Shown: piece after piece, positions 36,813-46,900 of the stretch
Layout of the letters: every line of letters begins with the position of its first letter
Numbering within the stretch: the first letter of the stretch is position 1
From: a virus
Length of the DNA stretch: 64,000 bases
Virus record (IMG/VR): IMGVR_UViG_3300021962_000032
Direction: 5' to 3' (one strand)
The notes under the pieces: model-generated
Databases searched by the model: none
What the model saw: only the letters and a program-made list of their open reading frames with translations
What the model was told of the DNA's origin: nothing
Translations under genes and position numbers: made by a program

Positions 36813-38468
36813 TCAACTTATATAATCCCACATATATTCCATACCACCATATTCATCAACGTGCCATCTATCCCCTTGCTTGTCTACAAAAGAGTGTTCC
36901 TCGCTTATTCCATCAGTAATAAACCCAAATGGAGACATGTCTTGCTCTATTTGATTTTTTTGTTCTTCGTATAATCTTTTTCTAATATCTTGGTCCGTTA
37001 GTTCTCTAAAATAATCTTGTTGTATTAACCAAGAATAAATTACAAGGCACATCACAAGATCATCGTTCCTTCCTTCTTCGGCTTCAAATGAATTATTTTT
37101 TTGTATGAATGTAGTCAGTTCCGAAATAGTATCAAAATCAGAAATTAAAAGTTTGTCTTCTTCAATCAATGCTTTTAAATTTAAACATCCAACTTTTTTG
37201 GTTGCTTTAGACATCTTAACTCCCAACTGACACTTTTTGCCAGAAAATCCTTGACCTAAAACTTGACCAGCTCTTCCTCTCATTGATGACATAAGAACAT
37301 TTTCATATTCAAGGTCATAATGAAGGCCTGCCGCCACTTGATCTCCAACATCGTTTACTTCACATAAAACATAAGCTTTGTTGTAATTTACGGCAACTTC
37401 TTTTATTGTCTGTGGAAATACAATTGGTCTTATTTGATTATTTTTATATTTTGCTACCAATCTGTGCGGAAATTGTGATATGTCTATAACTGTAAAAGCG
37501 GAATAATCTTTTTCAACACCTCTTGCAACATCGACTGTTATTACATAACTATGATCTTCTTGTGGATATTCATATACATCCAATCCATTATGAGATTTTG
37601 ATGGAGTGTCAAATGCAAGTGTATTTAATTTTGCTCCAGATATTAAAGTATCTGTTGATCCAAGAAACTGACATTCAAATTCTTGTCTCCACTGAGATTC
37701 TGAAGTATTTGCAATTGTAGTTGCTTTAAACTTTTCATCTCTACCAGGAACATCAGTCCAATGGACATCTGTGGGAACGTAACTATTTTTTTGCTTTTGT
37801 GCATCATCCCAAAGTTTATAAAAATGATTCATTCCAAATGGAGTAGAAACAATTATAACTTTTGATGATTGTCCAGAAGTTATTGTTGGATATACTGAAC
37901 TGAAAAAATTATCAGCAACAGTATTTGGAACGAACGCAAATTCGTCTAAAAAGATAATATTGAAAGTGCTTCCTCTGACAGATGATGCAGATGTTGAGGC
38001 AGCAAAAATCCTTGATTTATTTTCTAATTCTAAAGAACCTTTATTCCAAGATAAAACTCCCTGCTGTAACCATTTTGGAAGATTTTCATATCCTGTTTGT
38101 AATCTTTGAAGAAGATCCCTTGCAGTATTTGCTTTGTTTGCAAGAATTGCTATATTTACATTGTCATTAAAAATGGCATAATGCAATAAAAATGCACAAA
38201 CTGTGGTGGACTTTCCAGATTGACGAGGAAGTTTACATATATTAAAACGGTTATCATGAAACCGCCTAATCATTTTCTTTTGAAAGGGATACATTTTGAA
38301 AGGTTGTAATCCTTTATCAATAGTTACAATTTGCACATAATTTTCGGCAAAATATAGAGGATCATCATAACATTTTATGATTTCATCAATTTGCTCTTGA
38401 GTATATTCAATTGATATATTTGCTTTTTTTAGTAACGGATTACCAAGATAATGTTCATCATTACTCAT
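36813..38468 (-). CDS. gp17: Terminase large subunit gp17
   Basis: YLGNPLLK, RQSGKST, FLDEFAF, VSTP.G.NHFY, DVARG, DDLVM. Confidence 0.98.
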   Translation of the reverse strand: MSNDEHYLGNPLLKKANISIEYTQEQIDEIIKCYDDPLYFAENYVQIVTIDKGLQPFKMYPFQKKMIRRFHDNRFNICKLPRQSGKSTTVCAFLLHYAIFNDNVNIAILANKANTARDLLQRLQTGYENLPKWLQQGVLSWNKGSLELENKSRIFAASTSASSVRGSTFNIIFLDEFAFVPNTVADNFFSSVYPTITSGQSSKVIIVSTPFGMNHFYKLWDDAQKQKNSYVPTDVHWTDVPGRDEKFKATTIANTSESQWRQEFECQFLGSTDTLISGAKLNTLAFDTPSKSHNGLDVYEYPQEDHSYVITVDVARGVEKDYSAFTVIDISQFPHRLVAKYKNNQIRPIVFPQTIKEVAVNYNKAYVLCEVNDVGDQVAAGLHYDLEYENVLMSSMRGRAGQVLGQGFSGKKCQLGVKMSKATKKVGCLNLKALIEEDKLLISDFDTISELTTFIQKNNSFEAEEGRNDDLVMCLVIYSWLIQQDYFRELTDQDIRKRLYEEQKNQIEQDMSPFGFITDGISEEHSFVDKQGDRWHVDEYGGMEYMWDYIS

Positions 38469-38475
38469 AAACTAC

Positions 38476-39879
38476 CTACCATTTAACTTTATCTGCCCAA
38501 TAAGCCGCACTCATTTTTCCTTTTGCAATATTTTTCGCATGTCTCGATTTAAATCTTTCACGACGATTTGCATATTCGTCAGATTCACCTTTTTTCTTAG
38601 GTGATCCTTTTACTCCAAGTTGACCAAATCGTATAAGTTTCTCTTTACCATTTGCACATGCTTTTACTACATGTGACTTGCCTTGTTCACCAGAACCATG
38701 TGCTTGTGATTTTGGTTTATTGCAAGGCATCTCGGACTTTTTTGCTTCCTCTATTTCAACCCCCTCTCCAACTACTTTATTATTTAAAAGATAGTTTTTT
38801 GATGGAGTATTGGAAATTTGAATAAATGGCTCACCTGGATTTAATTCTGCAATTTTATATGCCACTACTCTTGAGTTTGGATATATTTTCTGAACTTCAA
38901 ATGATACTTCTTCTCTTGATGGAAATTTTGATTGAGGGAAGAACATTTGAACATAATAATATTTTCCTCGCCATGATAAAGTCACAGCAACAATATTTCC
39001 AGATTGTGCTTTTATTCTTGTTGCCTCTGTCACGCTTTTTTTGGATTCTACCTTTTTCAATTTTGTATAATAATCCGGAACTTCATCTAAATGTTGAAGT
39101 GCTGTAATTCTAGCTGAAGTTTTATTGGAAGTATGTTCTCCTTCAACCTTTATTCCAATTTCAAGTTGTTTTTTTATTGATTCTGGAGAAACTTTGTGCT
39201 TTTTTGCAATTTCTTCTGGGGATTTGTATGGTTGAACTGGACCTTTTGGATCCTTTTCCTCACTTACAGGACATGCCTTTTTCCCATGAACGGAACATGA
39301 TTCACCTTCTTTTGTGTGGGAACATTTTTCTCCGGATTTAGTCCCATCAACATTTTTGCCAATTCCAACTTCAGTTGGTTTTTTTGATTGTCCTGGAACA
39401 TCAAATCCCTTTGGCATTGGTTTGCATTTTTTATCTGTATTGCACCAATACATTCCTTTACCGCACTTCTCTTCGCCAAGAATTTTTTCTACTAAAGATA
39501 CTTCTTCTTTTTTTACTGACGGTAAAGATACAGATGCTGCCTTTTTCTTTTGAAGTTCTACTGCCTTTGATCCAAGTTGTTTTGCCGCATCCGGTGTCAA
39601 TGCACCAGCACCAGAAGATTTTTTAATTGCAAAACTTGGATCTTTTCCCTCTTCAATTCCTTCATCACTTTGAAGATACTCTGCTGCCGTATCAATAAAA
39701 TCTGCTGCTCTTGTAATTTTTGATTGAACCCAAGCGGGAAGTTGGTGATCTGATGTTTTTATTACTGTACGAAGTTTTTGAATAGATCTTTCAATTTGAT
39801 CTAATTCAACTCTTGCCATATACCCTTCATCATCCTTCTTTTTGCCAGAAGCAACTTCTTTATGATCTTCGTTTAACAT
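38476..39879 (-). CDS. Modular hypothetical protein between g16 and g17 (putative processed head cargo)
   Basis: 467 aa; discrete modules (PAWVQSKIT; Cys-rich; GIKVE.EHT..A.QHL.E.PDYY; W.G..Y domain; RFG...SA.YW) separated by E-terminated linkers. Confidence 0.65.
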   Translation of the reverse strand: MLNEDHKEVASGKKKDDEGYMARVELDQIERSIQKLRTVIKTSDHQLPAWVQSKITRAADFIDTAAEYLQSDEGIEEGKDPSFAIKKSSGAGALTPDAAKQLGSKAVELQKKKAASVSLPSVKKEEVSLVEKILGEEKCGKGMYWCNTDKKCKPMPKGFDVPGQSKKPTEVGIGKNVDGTKSGEKCSHTKEGESCSVHGKKACPVSEEKDPKGPVQPYKSPEEIAKKHKVSPESIKKQLEIGIKVEGEHTSNKTSARITALQHLDEVPDYYTKLKKVESKKSVTEATRIKAQSGNIVAVTLSWRGKYYYVQMFFPQSKFPSREEVSFEVQKIYPNSRVVAYKIAELNPGEPFIQISNTPSKNYLLNNKVVGEGVEIEEAKKSEMPCNKPKSQAHGSGEQGKSHVVKACANGKEKLIRFGQLGVKGSPKKKGESDEYANRRERFKSRHAKNIAKGKMSAAYWADKVKW

Positions 39880-39902
39880 TTCTATTAAAAAATCTATATA
39901 AT

Positions 39903-40337
39903 TTATTTAGCGTCTCCCTCACTTTTCTGCGATTTGATAAATTTAGTAAGTTCTGCTGTCGATCCAATAAATAACGAATTATTTACAGTAGATGGTCCTT
40001 TTATTTCCCTTACTTCTTCTATATCTTTTAATTTTTTTTGCAAATCTAAAAGTTTTTCGGTAGCATCGGCAACATTTTTAATTAATTGACCAGTTACTTC
40101 ATAAGCTCTTGGAGATTCAGTTTCTCTTGCCAATTCCAGTGCTCCATTAATTGCATCTTGACCTTTTTCTATGATAGAATATATGTTGGATCTACTATAT
40201 TTGTAATCTTTTTCTATATCTCTTTTTATATCTAAATCACTTGAAGAATCGATAGATTTAATATCTACAGTTTTTTGAATTGCAGTAATATCAGAATCTT
40301 CGATATTAAAAATAGAATCTAAATTATTATTTTTCAT
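39903..40337 (-). CDS. gp16: Terminase small subunit gp16
   Basis: DYKYSR.N.Y..IEKG, PRAYEV.GQLIK, FIGSTAEL. Confidence 0.95.
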   Translation of the reverse strand: MKNNNLDSIFNIEDSDITAIQKTVDIKSIDSSSDLDIKRDIEKDYKYSRSNIYSIIEKGQDAINGALELARETESPRAYEVTGQLIKNVADATEKLLDLQKKLKDIEEVREIKGPSTVNNSLFIGSTAELTKFIKSQKSEGDAK

Positions 40338-40342
40338 AAGAA

Positions 40343-41362
40343 TTAAAATAACTTCCCATCAAAACCAAAATCATCTCCCGGTTGAATTAAATCATTGTCA
40401 GCCTGAACAACCTTTTCTACTCCAGTTCCAGAAACATGATCTGTTGCTTTTGTTTTATAACTTCCTCTTACAACGGTAACAGTTTTTTTGTTTGAATCGA
40501 TATAAGTGACTTTTAAAGATTCAGAATTTATTGTTATTATTGATCCGACAGAAATATTACTAATTTCATTTAAACTCAACACGGTATCACTTCTTAAAAC
40601 ATCTTTTGTTAGATATGCAACTACTGTATCACTGTAACTCTTTGTTGCAGTTGGAGTAACTGAATATGTTGCGTCTCTTGTTATAGCATCTGGATTATCT
40701 GACGTAGTTCCAGCAACAAATCCAATTGTACTTTTTCTAATAATACCATCAGTAATTTTCTTAGTAGGACCAAATAGATATGTTTTTGCAGTAAATTTAA
40801 TAGTATATATTAAAGCTCTTCTTGTTTCAAAATTTCCCTCATAATCATCTTGCATTGTTATTCCTTCTATTTGAAAAGGAATGTCTTTCTTCTCACCAAT
40901 TTCTTTTTGCAAATCTATTGTAAGAGTGTATGCTGGTTGAAAATACGGAAGTATTTGTTCTATAATTTGGAGAGCATCATCGTTTATCTTTGTCATTATA
41001 TTTAACTCAAATGCCATATTATATGGAACGGGAATAAATGTTTTAATCACAGAATTTGGATTATCTTTATCTTTAACAGTAAAATATTCTGTCGTGGTTA
41101 ATTTTCTATCTTGATCATAAGTTAATCCATTAAATTCAAATGACATCCTTGGCAATGTAATTTGAACTGGATTATTAAGATCTTTTGGAGCTTCATTTAA
41201 TCTTGCTAAAAACTTTTGTTTTGGTCCATAAGCAATAGGAACTTTGACAACAGATGTAACTATCCCTTCTGCATTTGTTTTTCTTAATTCGATACTATTA
41301 AATAAAGTTCCAAATCCTATTACAACTTTTCTAAAAATTTCAAAGTAAAAATATTCAAACAT
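40343..41362 (-). CDS. gp15: Tail sheath stabilizer/completion protein gp15
   Basis: FG.LFN.I, VPIAYGP.QKFLAR, LPRMSFE, QI.EQILPYFQP, DDYEG.F..RR. Confidence 0.95.
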   Translation of the reverse strand: MFEYFYFEIFRKVVIGFGTLFNSIELRKTNAEGIVTSVVKVPIAYGPKQKFLARLNEAPKDLNNPVQITLPRMSFEFNGLTYDQDRKLTTTEYFTVKDKDNPNSVIKTFIPVPYNMAFELNIMTKINDDALQIIEQILPYFQPAYTLTIDLQKEIGEKKDIPFQIEGITMQDDYEGNFETRRALIYTIKFTAKTYLFGPTKKITDGIIRKSTIGFVAGTTSDNPDAITRDATYSVTPTATKSYSDTVVAYLTKDVLRSDTVLSLNEISNISVGSIITINSESLKVTYIDSNKKTVTVVRGSYKTKATDHVSGTGVEKVVQADNDLIQPGDDFGFDGKLF

Positions 41363-41372
41363 TTCCCTTTAC

Positions 41373-42818
41373 CTATGGTGTTCCAAATGGATTTTGCTCT
41401 GAAAAATCTATTATTAAATTTGCTTCTTGTTGAATGTTTTTGTTGTCGGCAAAAACGTCTTCCTTATTATCTTTAAATTGATCTTGTGGGTCTGCAAGAT
41501 TATCAGTATTTATAATTCTAACAGTATATCTAGCTCCAGATTCCTGACCAACGAGAACATCACCGTCTATAAATTTCCCATTAAGATTGCCAACTTCAAG
41601 AAGATAATTATTAATATTCCATCTCTTTACTCTTGCAGTTGTACTACTAATTGTTCCAACAACAACTTCATTAAAATCATATGTACCAGTTCCGCCAGCA
41701 GATGGTGATCCAATAATTATTTGCGGTGTTGTTGAATATCCAGCTCCGGCATTAGTGATATAGATTCCTTCTATAGATCCACTTGGAGTCAATCTTACCG
41801 TTGCTGCCGCAGATACTGTGGTTCCTCCTCCAACAAAGGTTATAGAGGGTCTTACGGAGTATCCAGACCCCGCATTTGATAATGTTATTATTCCAATAAT
41901 ACCATCCTTTAAATATGCTTTTGCCGTAGCACTTTCACCGCCACCATCAAGAATTGAAACTGATGGAGTTTGTGTATATCCATATCCGGGATTTATTAAA
42001 TCAACCCTAACAACCTTAGATTTATTAGTGTCCATCTCACAAAAATCTGGCAGGTTTTTTTCAAGAACTGCTGTCGCAATTCCAGTTCTTCCTGCTGGAA
42101 TAAATGTTGGATATCCCGTTCCTGGGAATGCAGAAGATATAGCCACTGTTGGGACAGATGTATAACCCCTACCCATATTAGTGACTTCAATATATTGAAT
42201 TCCATCATTTACAATTGATGTGTATGCAGTTGCCGTCACTGCAATTCCAATCATTTGTAAAGTTTGGATGTATCCAGCATCTATCAAATTATCATCAATT
42301 TCGTCAATACTTGTATCAACAACTTCTCCTTGCTCATATCTGTAAAGTTCACACTTTAATTCATAAGTGTAATTTCCTTTTAATGGATAGAAAGGTTGTT
42401 CGTGCTCTACAAATTTTATTTCAAATAACCTATCTCCCAATGGGAACCAAATTAAATCTCCTTCCTTAGGTCTATCCGGTAGTTTAATATTTGGAAGTTG
42501 TTTTATTAATGGAACTATGTACGTTTCAAATCTTTCCCTTGATATGGTTAAAGTGAGATCATCCATATCTTGGAGACCAAATTTTGATAAAATGGTTCCT
42601 TGTCCTCCATACCCTTCATAGTCATTTACATATGCTTCTAATGGGTATGCGTTTTCAAATTCTGATTCTACTACTTCTTTAATTATTGTATTTTCTTTTT
42701 TAAATATTCTTGGAATATAATATACTTCAACGCCATACATTCTCAACTGTTCGTTGATTAAATCTTGAACAAGTCCTTGCTCTGCTTTAGTTCCGTTGAG
42801 AAAAAATGGATTTAACAT
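41373..42818 (-). CDS. gp14: Neck protein gp14
   Basis: LNPFF.....EQ.LVQDLINEQ, RPKEGDLI, DFSEQNPFG. Confidence 0.95.
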   Translation of the reverse strand: MLNPFFLNGTKAEQGLVQDLINEQLRMYGVEVYYIPRIFKKENTIIKEVVESEFENAYPLEAYVNDYEGYGGQGTILSKFGLQDMDDLTLTISRERFETYIVPLIKQLPNIKLPDRPKEGDLIWFPLGDRLFEIKFVEHEQPFYPLKGNYTYELKCELYRYEQGEVVDTSIDEIDDNLIDAGYIQTLQMIGIAVTATAYTSIVNDGIQYIEVTNMGRGYTSVPTVAISSAFPGTGYPTFIPAGRTGIATAVLEKNLPDFCEMDTNKSKVVRVDLINPGYGYTQTPSVSILDGGGESATAKAYLKDGIIGIITLSNAGSGYSVRPSITFVGGGTTVSAAATVRLTPSGSIEGIYITNAGAGYSTTPQIIIGSPSAGGTGTYDFNEVVVGTISSTTARVKRWNINNYLLEVGNLNGKFIDGDVLVGQESGARYTVRIINTDNLADPQDQFKDNKEDVFADNKNIQQEANLIIDFSEQNPFGTP

Positions 42819-42819
42819 A

Positions 42820-43665
42820 TTATCCTATCATGTCTAATGGTGGTAATTCATAGGTAGAAGACATTTTTTCAATTAAAGTGTCTATTTCTCTTTGTGCATC
42901 ATCATACATTTGTCTCCCATTAAATTCTATACCTCCAGGAAGTTTAACTCCTTGGAATTTAATTAAATTCTGACCCCACTGCTTTTTAATCAATGATGTT
43001 GTATACATCTTTAAGAATGAATCATTCCAAACTCTTGAATAATCATTTGGATCTAATAATCGATCACAATCAATTACTAAATATTGCCCAACTGATAATG
43101 ACGACCAATCAATATCCAAATAAAGCCTATCTTGTCTCTTATTGAATCTTATTTGTTTTTGAGTAGAAAGTAGCCAGTCGATATCTTCCAAATAAGTTTT
43201 TACCATCGAATAGGTTAATAAATCAACGGAACTCCAATAATAAACATCATTTAAAAATAGTTGATATTTTAAACTAAACATTCCGCTTGCAACGGAATTG
43301 GAACCTTCAAATGAAAATATTTTTCTTATTCCTAAAATGTGAGGTGGTATTGGAATATAATTTCCGGTCTCATAAAAATTAAAAGAAGTTGTTCCAATTC
43401 CAGGTATATTTGTTGATGTAGTCATTGTGCTGACACCAACTCCATTTGGGTTTTTTGCTCTTCCCCTATCAATATCTTGTTGAGTTATTTTATATTTTAA
43501 AAATGTTTGAAATGAACCATCAAAGCATCGTTCTTGATACAGTTGTAAGGCATCATCAACCAAATCCTCAATTTGCTCTTCGGCAACGTTAATTTCCAAA
43601 ACAGGCGCACCAAGTTTTCGTAAACAATAATCTATAAATTCTTGTCTAGTAGATGGTTGTGCCAT
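42820..43665 (-). CDS. gp13: Neck protein gp13
   Basis: YCLRKLGAPVLEINV, K.QWGQNLIKF, LPGG...NG, PP.DMIG. Confidence 0.95.
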   Translation of the reverse strand: MAQPSTRQEFIDYCLRKLGAPVLEINVAEEQIEDLVDDALQLYQERCFDGSFQTFLKYKITQQDIDRGRAKNPNGVGVSTMTTSTNIPGIGTTSFNFYETGNYIPIPPHILGIRKIFSFEGSNSVASGMFSLKYQLFLNDVYYWSSVDLLTYSMVKTYLEDIDWLLSTQKQIRFNKRQDRLYLDIDWSSLSVGQYLVIDCDRLLDPNDYSRVWNDSFLKMYTTSLIKKQWGQNLIKFQGVKLPGGIEFNGRQMYDDAQREIDTLIEKMSSTYELPPLDMIG

Positions 43666-43691
43666 AAAAATACTCTTTATTAATATCTATA

Positions 43692-43919
43692 TTATTTTGA
43701 TAACAAAGATTTTAATAAATCTTTTATCTCATTAATGTCATCTTTTATTTCATTGAGATCATTTTCAAGAGTTTCTACACGTTTTAATTCTTTGGATTTT
43801 TGTTTATATGCCTCAATATAAGCATTATATGATTGAACGTCAGTATTTACGATTCCATTTGTATAAGAATCTCTCACCAAATTGTCTTTTCCATGAACTG
43901 GAATATATCTATCATCCAT
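43692..43919 (-). CDS. Conserved small coiled-coil protein upstream of g13
   Basis: 75 aa, 'LVRD..T.GIVNTD...Y...EIKDLLK'. Confidence 0.75.
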   Translation of the reverse strand: MDDRYIPVHGKDNLVRDSYTNGIVNTDVQSYNAYIEAYKQKSKELKRVETLENDLNEIKDDINEIKDLLKSLLSK

Positions 43920-43922
43920 AAT

Positions 43923-46900
43923 TTATATCTGCGGTTTAAGAGTTGCAATTGCTCTTAATGATTTGATCAACGGTGGCTTTGCTTGATTTTTTGAAGCCAT
44001 GATAATTTTGATTGCATAAGCATTAAACTCTGGGAGATTATCTACAGTATACTCAAGTTCGTCAAAAACTTCCTCAGATGTTGAAACTATTTTTCTATCT
44101 GAAGATCCATCATTTCTTGATGGATCAATAACACGTTTTACTCCCAAAGAATCAACTTGATAATTTGAATATCCGGGGAATAATTCAAAATTACTTACAT
44201 CTGAATTTGAGTCGGTTCTTATCAATTTATATAAAACTCTAATATCACTATCCTCATTAGTAAATCCTTTCATTAAAACTTTTAATGAATTTGCTGGAAG
44301 TTTTAAAGATATTGGTTTTGAGATATAAACGCATTCATGCTCATCATTTGAACCTCTTACGTATTCAACATCTGCAAAAGTAGAATTTTCTTTTACTCCA
44401 GCTGGAGCATTAATTATATTAGAGGTTAAAATTATCGAAGTTGTTACATCATCTATTACTGGAGAAACTCTACTATCGTTTGTAGTCATATTCAACTCTA
44501 TGGTCAAACTTCTATTTCCAGGAGAACCCTCTATCAATCTCGATTCATTAACAGCAGATGCCACCAATCTTGGGGAATCAAATTGCTTTGTAGTTTCTAA
44601 AGAAATATCATCATATCCTTGATCTTCATACGAAGTTTCATCTCCATCAATACTTGTTCCACTAAAAGTTCTAACTCTTGCGGATAAAGATGTCTCACTT
44701 GGAACTATTGTTGCAAAGTTGGGAGTAATTAATTCAAATGGAATGTTATTTGATACCAAAGTTCCAGATTCTCCAACCGACTTGGTATTTTTGAAATTGA
44801 TTGCACTTCCTCTAGAAAATCCTATTGGATTTGATTCAAAATCATCACTTCCTGATTCAATTTTTACATGGAAAGAATTGAATGTTGTTGGGTGAATTTC
44901 TTCATCTACTGCTAGTAATGAATGAACCTTGTTGATTCTTCTTAAAGAAATTCCATTAAGTTCATATTTGTATACTAAAATTCCAGAATCATAAGCTTGA
45001 GATTCTGATCCATCAATACCTCTCTGAATACTTTGAGAAAGACCTCCGAGAGTAGTTGAATTGGAAACAGTAGTATAACCAACAACCTCAGATCCAATTA
45101 TTATATATCCTGGGTTACTTTCATCTACATTAAATCCTTCAAATTGTTCAAATCCAATTGTACTATCAACGTTTATTGATGTAGTTTCGTTAGATGATAA
45201 TGGTTGAATCAACTTTGTATTTAATGAATCACGCTCTGGTCTCAAATTACTAATTCTAACGTAATTTTGACTTGAATGCATACCATGATTTAAACAATTT
45301 ATTTTTAAATGCTGTCCGTCGTAATAATTATCGGAAATAATCTGTGTTGGAACTGCAAATGTTGAATTTTCCGTGCTAACTCCTACTTGAGAAGAAATTC
45401 CAACTTCATTAATATACAGAAGTTCCACTCCAACACTAAAATCAGATTCAATTACAGTAATGTTATCAAGGAACAACGTATTTTTAAATGATAAATTAGA
45501 TACCGATACTTTAGCACCAAAACCAACATCTTGCCCAACATTGGGAACTAATAATGAATCGCCAATTTGATATCCAAAACCACCATTAACAATATTGACT
45601 CCAGATATTATTCCATCAGTGACAACGATATCTGCAATTGCGCCACTTCCCAATCCAGTTTCAGTAATAAGAACTTTATCTTCAAATGTATATGTTCCAG
45701 AGGCTGGAGTATATCCAGTTCCAACACTAGAAATTGTCACTCCAAGTCCTGTAGATATACTTCCACCAATTCCTATTAATTTGCCTTGAGATCTATTATT
45801 TTGATAAATTGTTACTCCCGGAACAACATTTGATTTAGGTTCTATATTTGTCTTTAATGCAAGTTTTTTAGATAATAATTGAATTTGATTTTCACCCAAA
45901 ACACTAACTTTATTATTCTTTAAAGACAGAACCGGATTAAAATATCTAACAACACCTTGATTTGCAAAATCTGCTCTATAAATTTTATACTTTAAATCTT
46001 GCAATTGAGATGGAGTCCAGGTAGTGCCATTTTGTGATTTAAACAAACTTCCTAAAGTTGGTTGTGATCCAACTTTTATGTTGGTTAATATATCATTTTC
46101 ACCCAATTGGGCAATAAAAACTCTATAGTTTGCACTATTGGATAAAAGAACAATTGCATATTCTGCAGTTTGCTCACTTGCAATAGGGGCTCCTCTAACT
46201 TCTTGTGGCTTAGGTCCAGGTAAATATACTGGTGAACTAAATCTAAATCTGGTTGGAAGTATTCCATTAGTAGAAACATTTATTTCATCTGGAACCAAAG
46301 TAACTTCAGAAAATGGAATAACAACATTACTTGGAACTCCAGCAATCATTGTGCGAATTTGAAGAGTAACTGGAATACTATCATCTACAGATTCAAAATA
46401 AACATCAACTCCAGTTAAGAATATTCCAGTTTCGTCTGGAACATAGAATGACTGCGCTAATGGATCCCTAACCTCCCATCTGTTGACAAAATTAGTTTGG
46501 GTAGTTGATTGAGTTACTGTGGTAGTATTTGTAGTCGTATTTGTTATTACTGTAGTATTGACATTTCTTGATGGAGTTATATTATAATTCCTTGTAGTCA
46601 ATATTGTTTTTTCAGTTACATTAGTATTTGCAGTTGATGTAAAATCTTTTTCTGCGGAGCTTTCATTTATAACATTTTTATCATTTGAAGATACTGATGC
46701 AAGAGAAGGAACATCAATAATGGTGAATGTGTTTTCTCCATTAATCCATTTTGGATTTCCTGGTATTTTCGGATCTGGAATGAACAAAGATCCAATCAAT
46801 CTACCAACATTATCTGAAATTAATCTATTAGTTTTAACTCTTGCAACTGCTCCAGATGTTTTTCCAATAATTTTCATATCCACAGAAATTTGACCATAAT

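Noticed and set aside
11397-38468. Introns, inteins or homing endonucleases in g43, g46, g20 or g17
   Set aside because: The ORFs are continuous and of normal length, with no intein, HNH, GIY-YIG or LAGLIDADG motifs seen.
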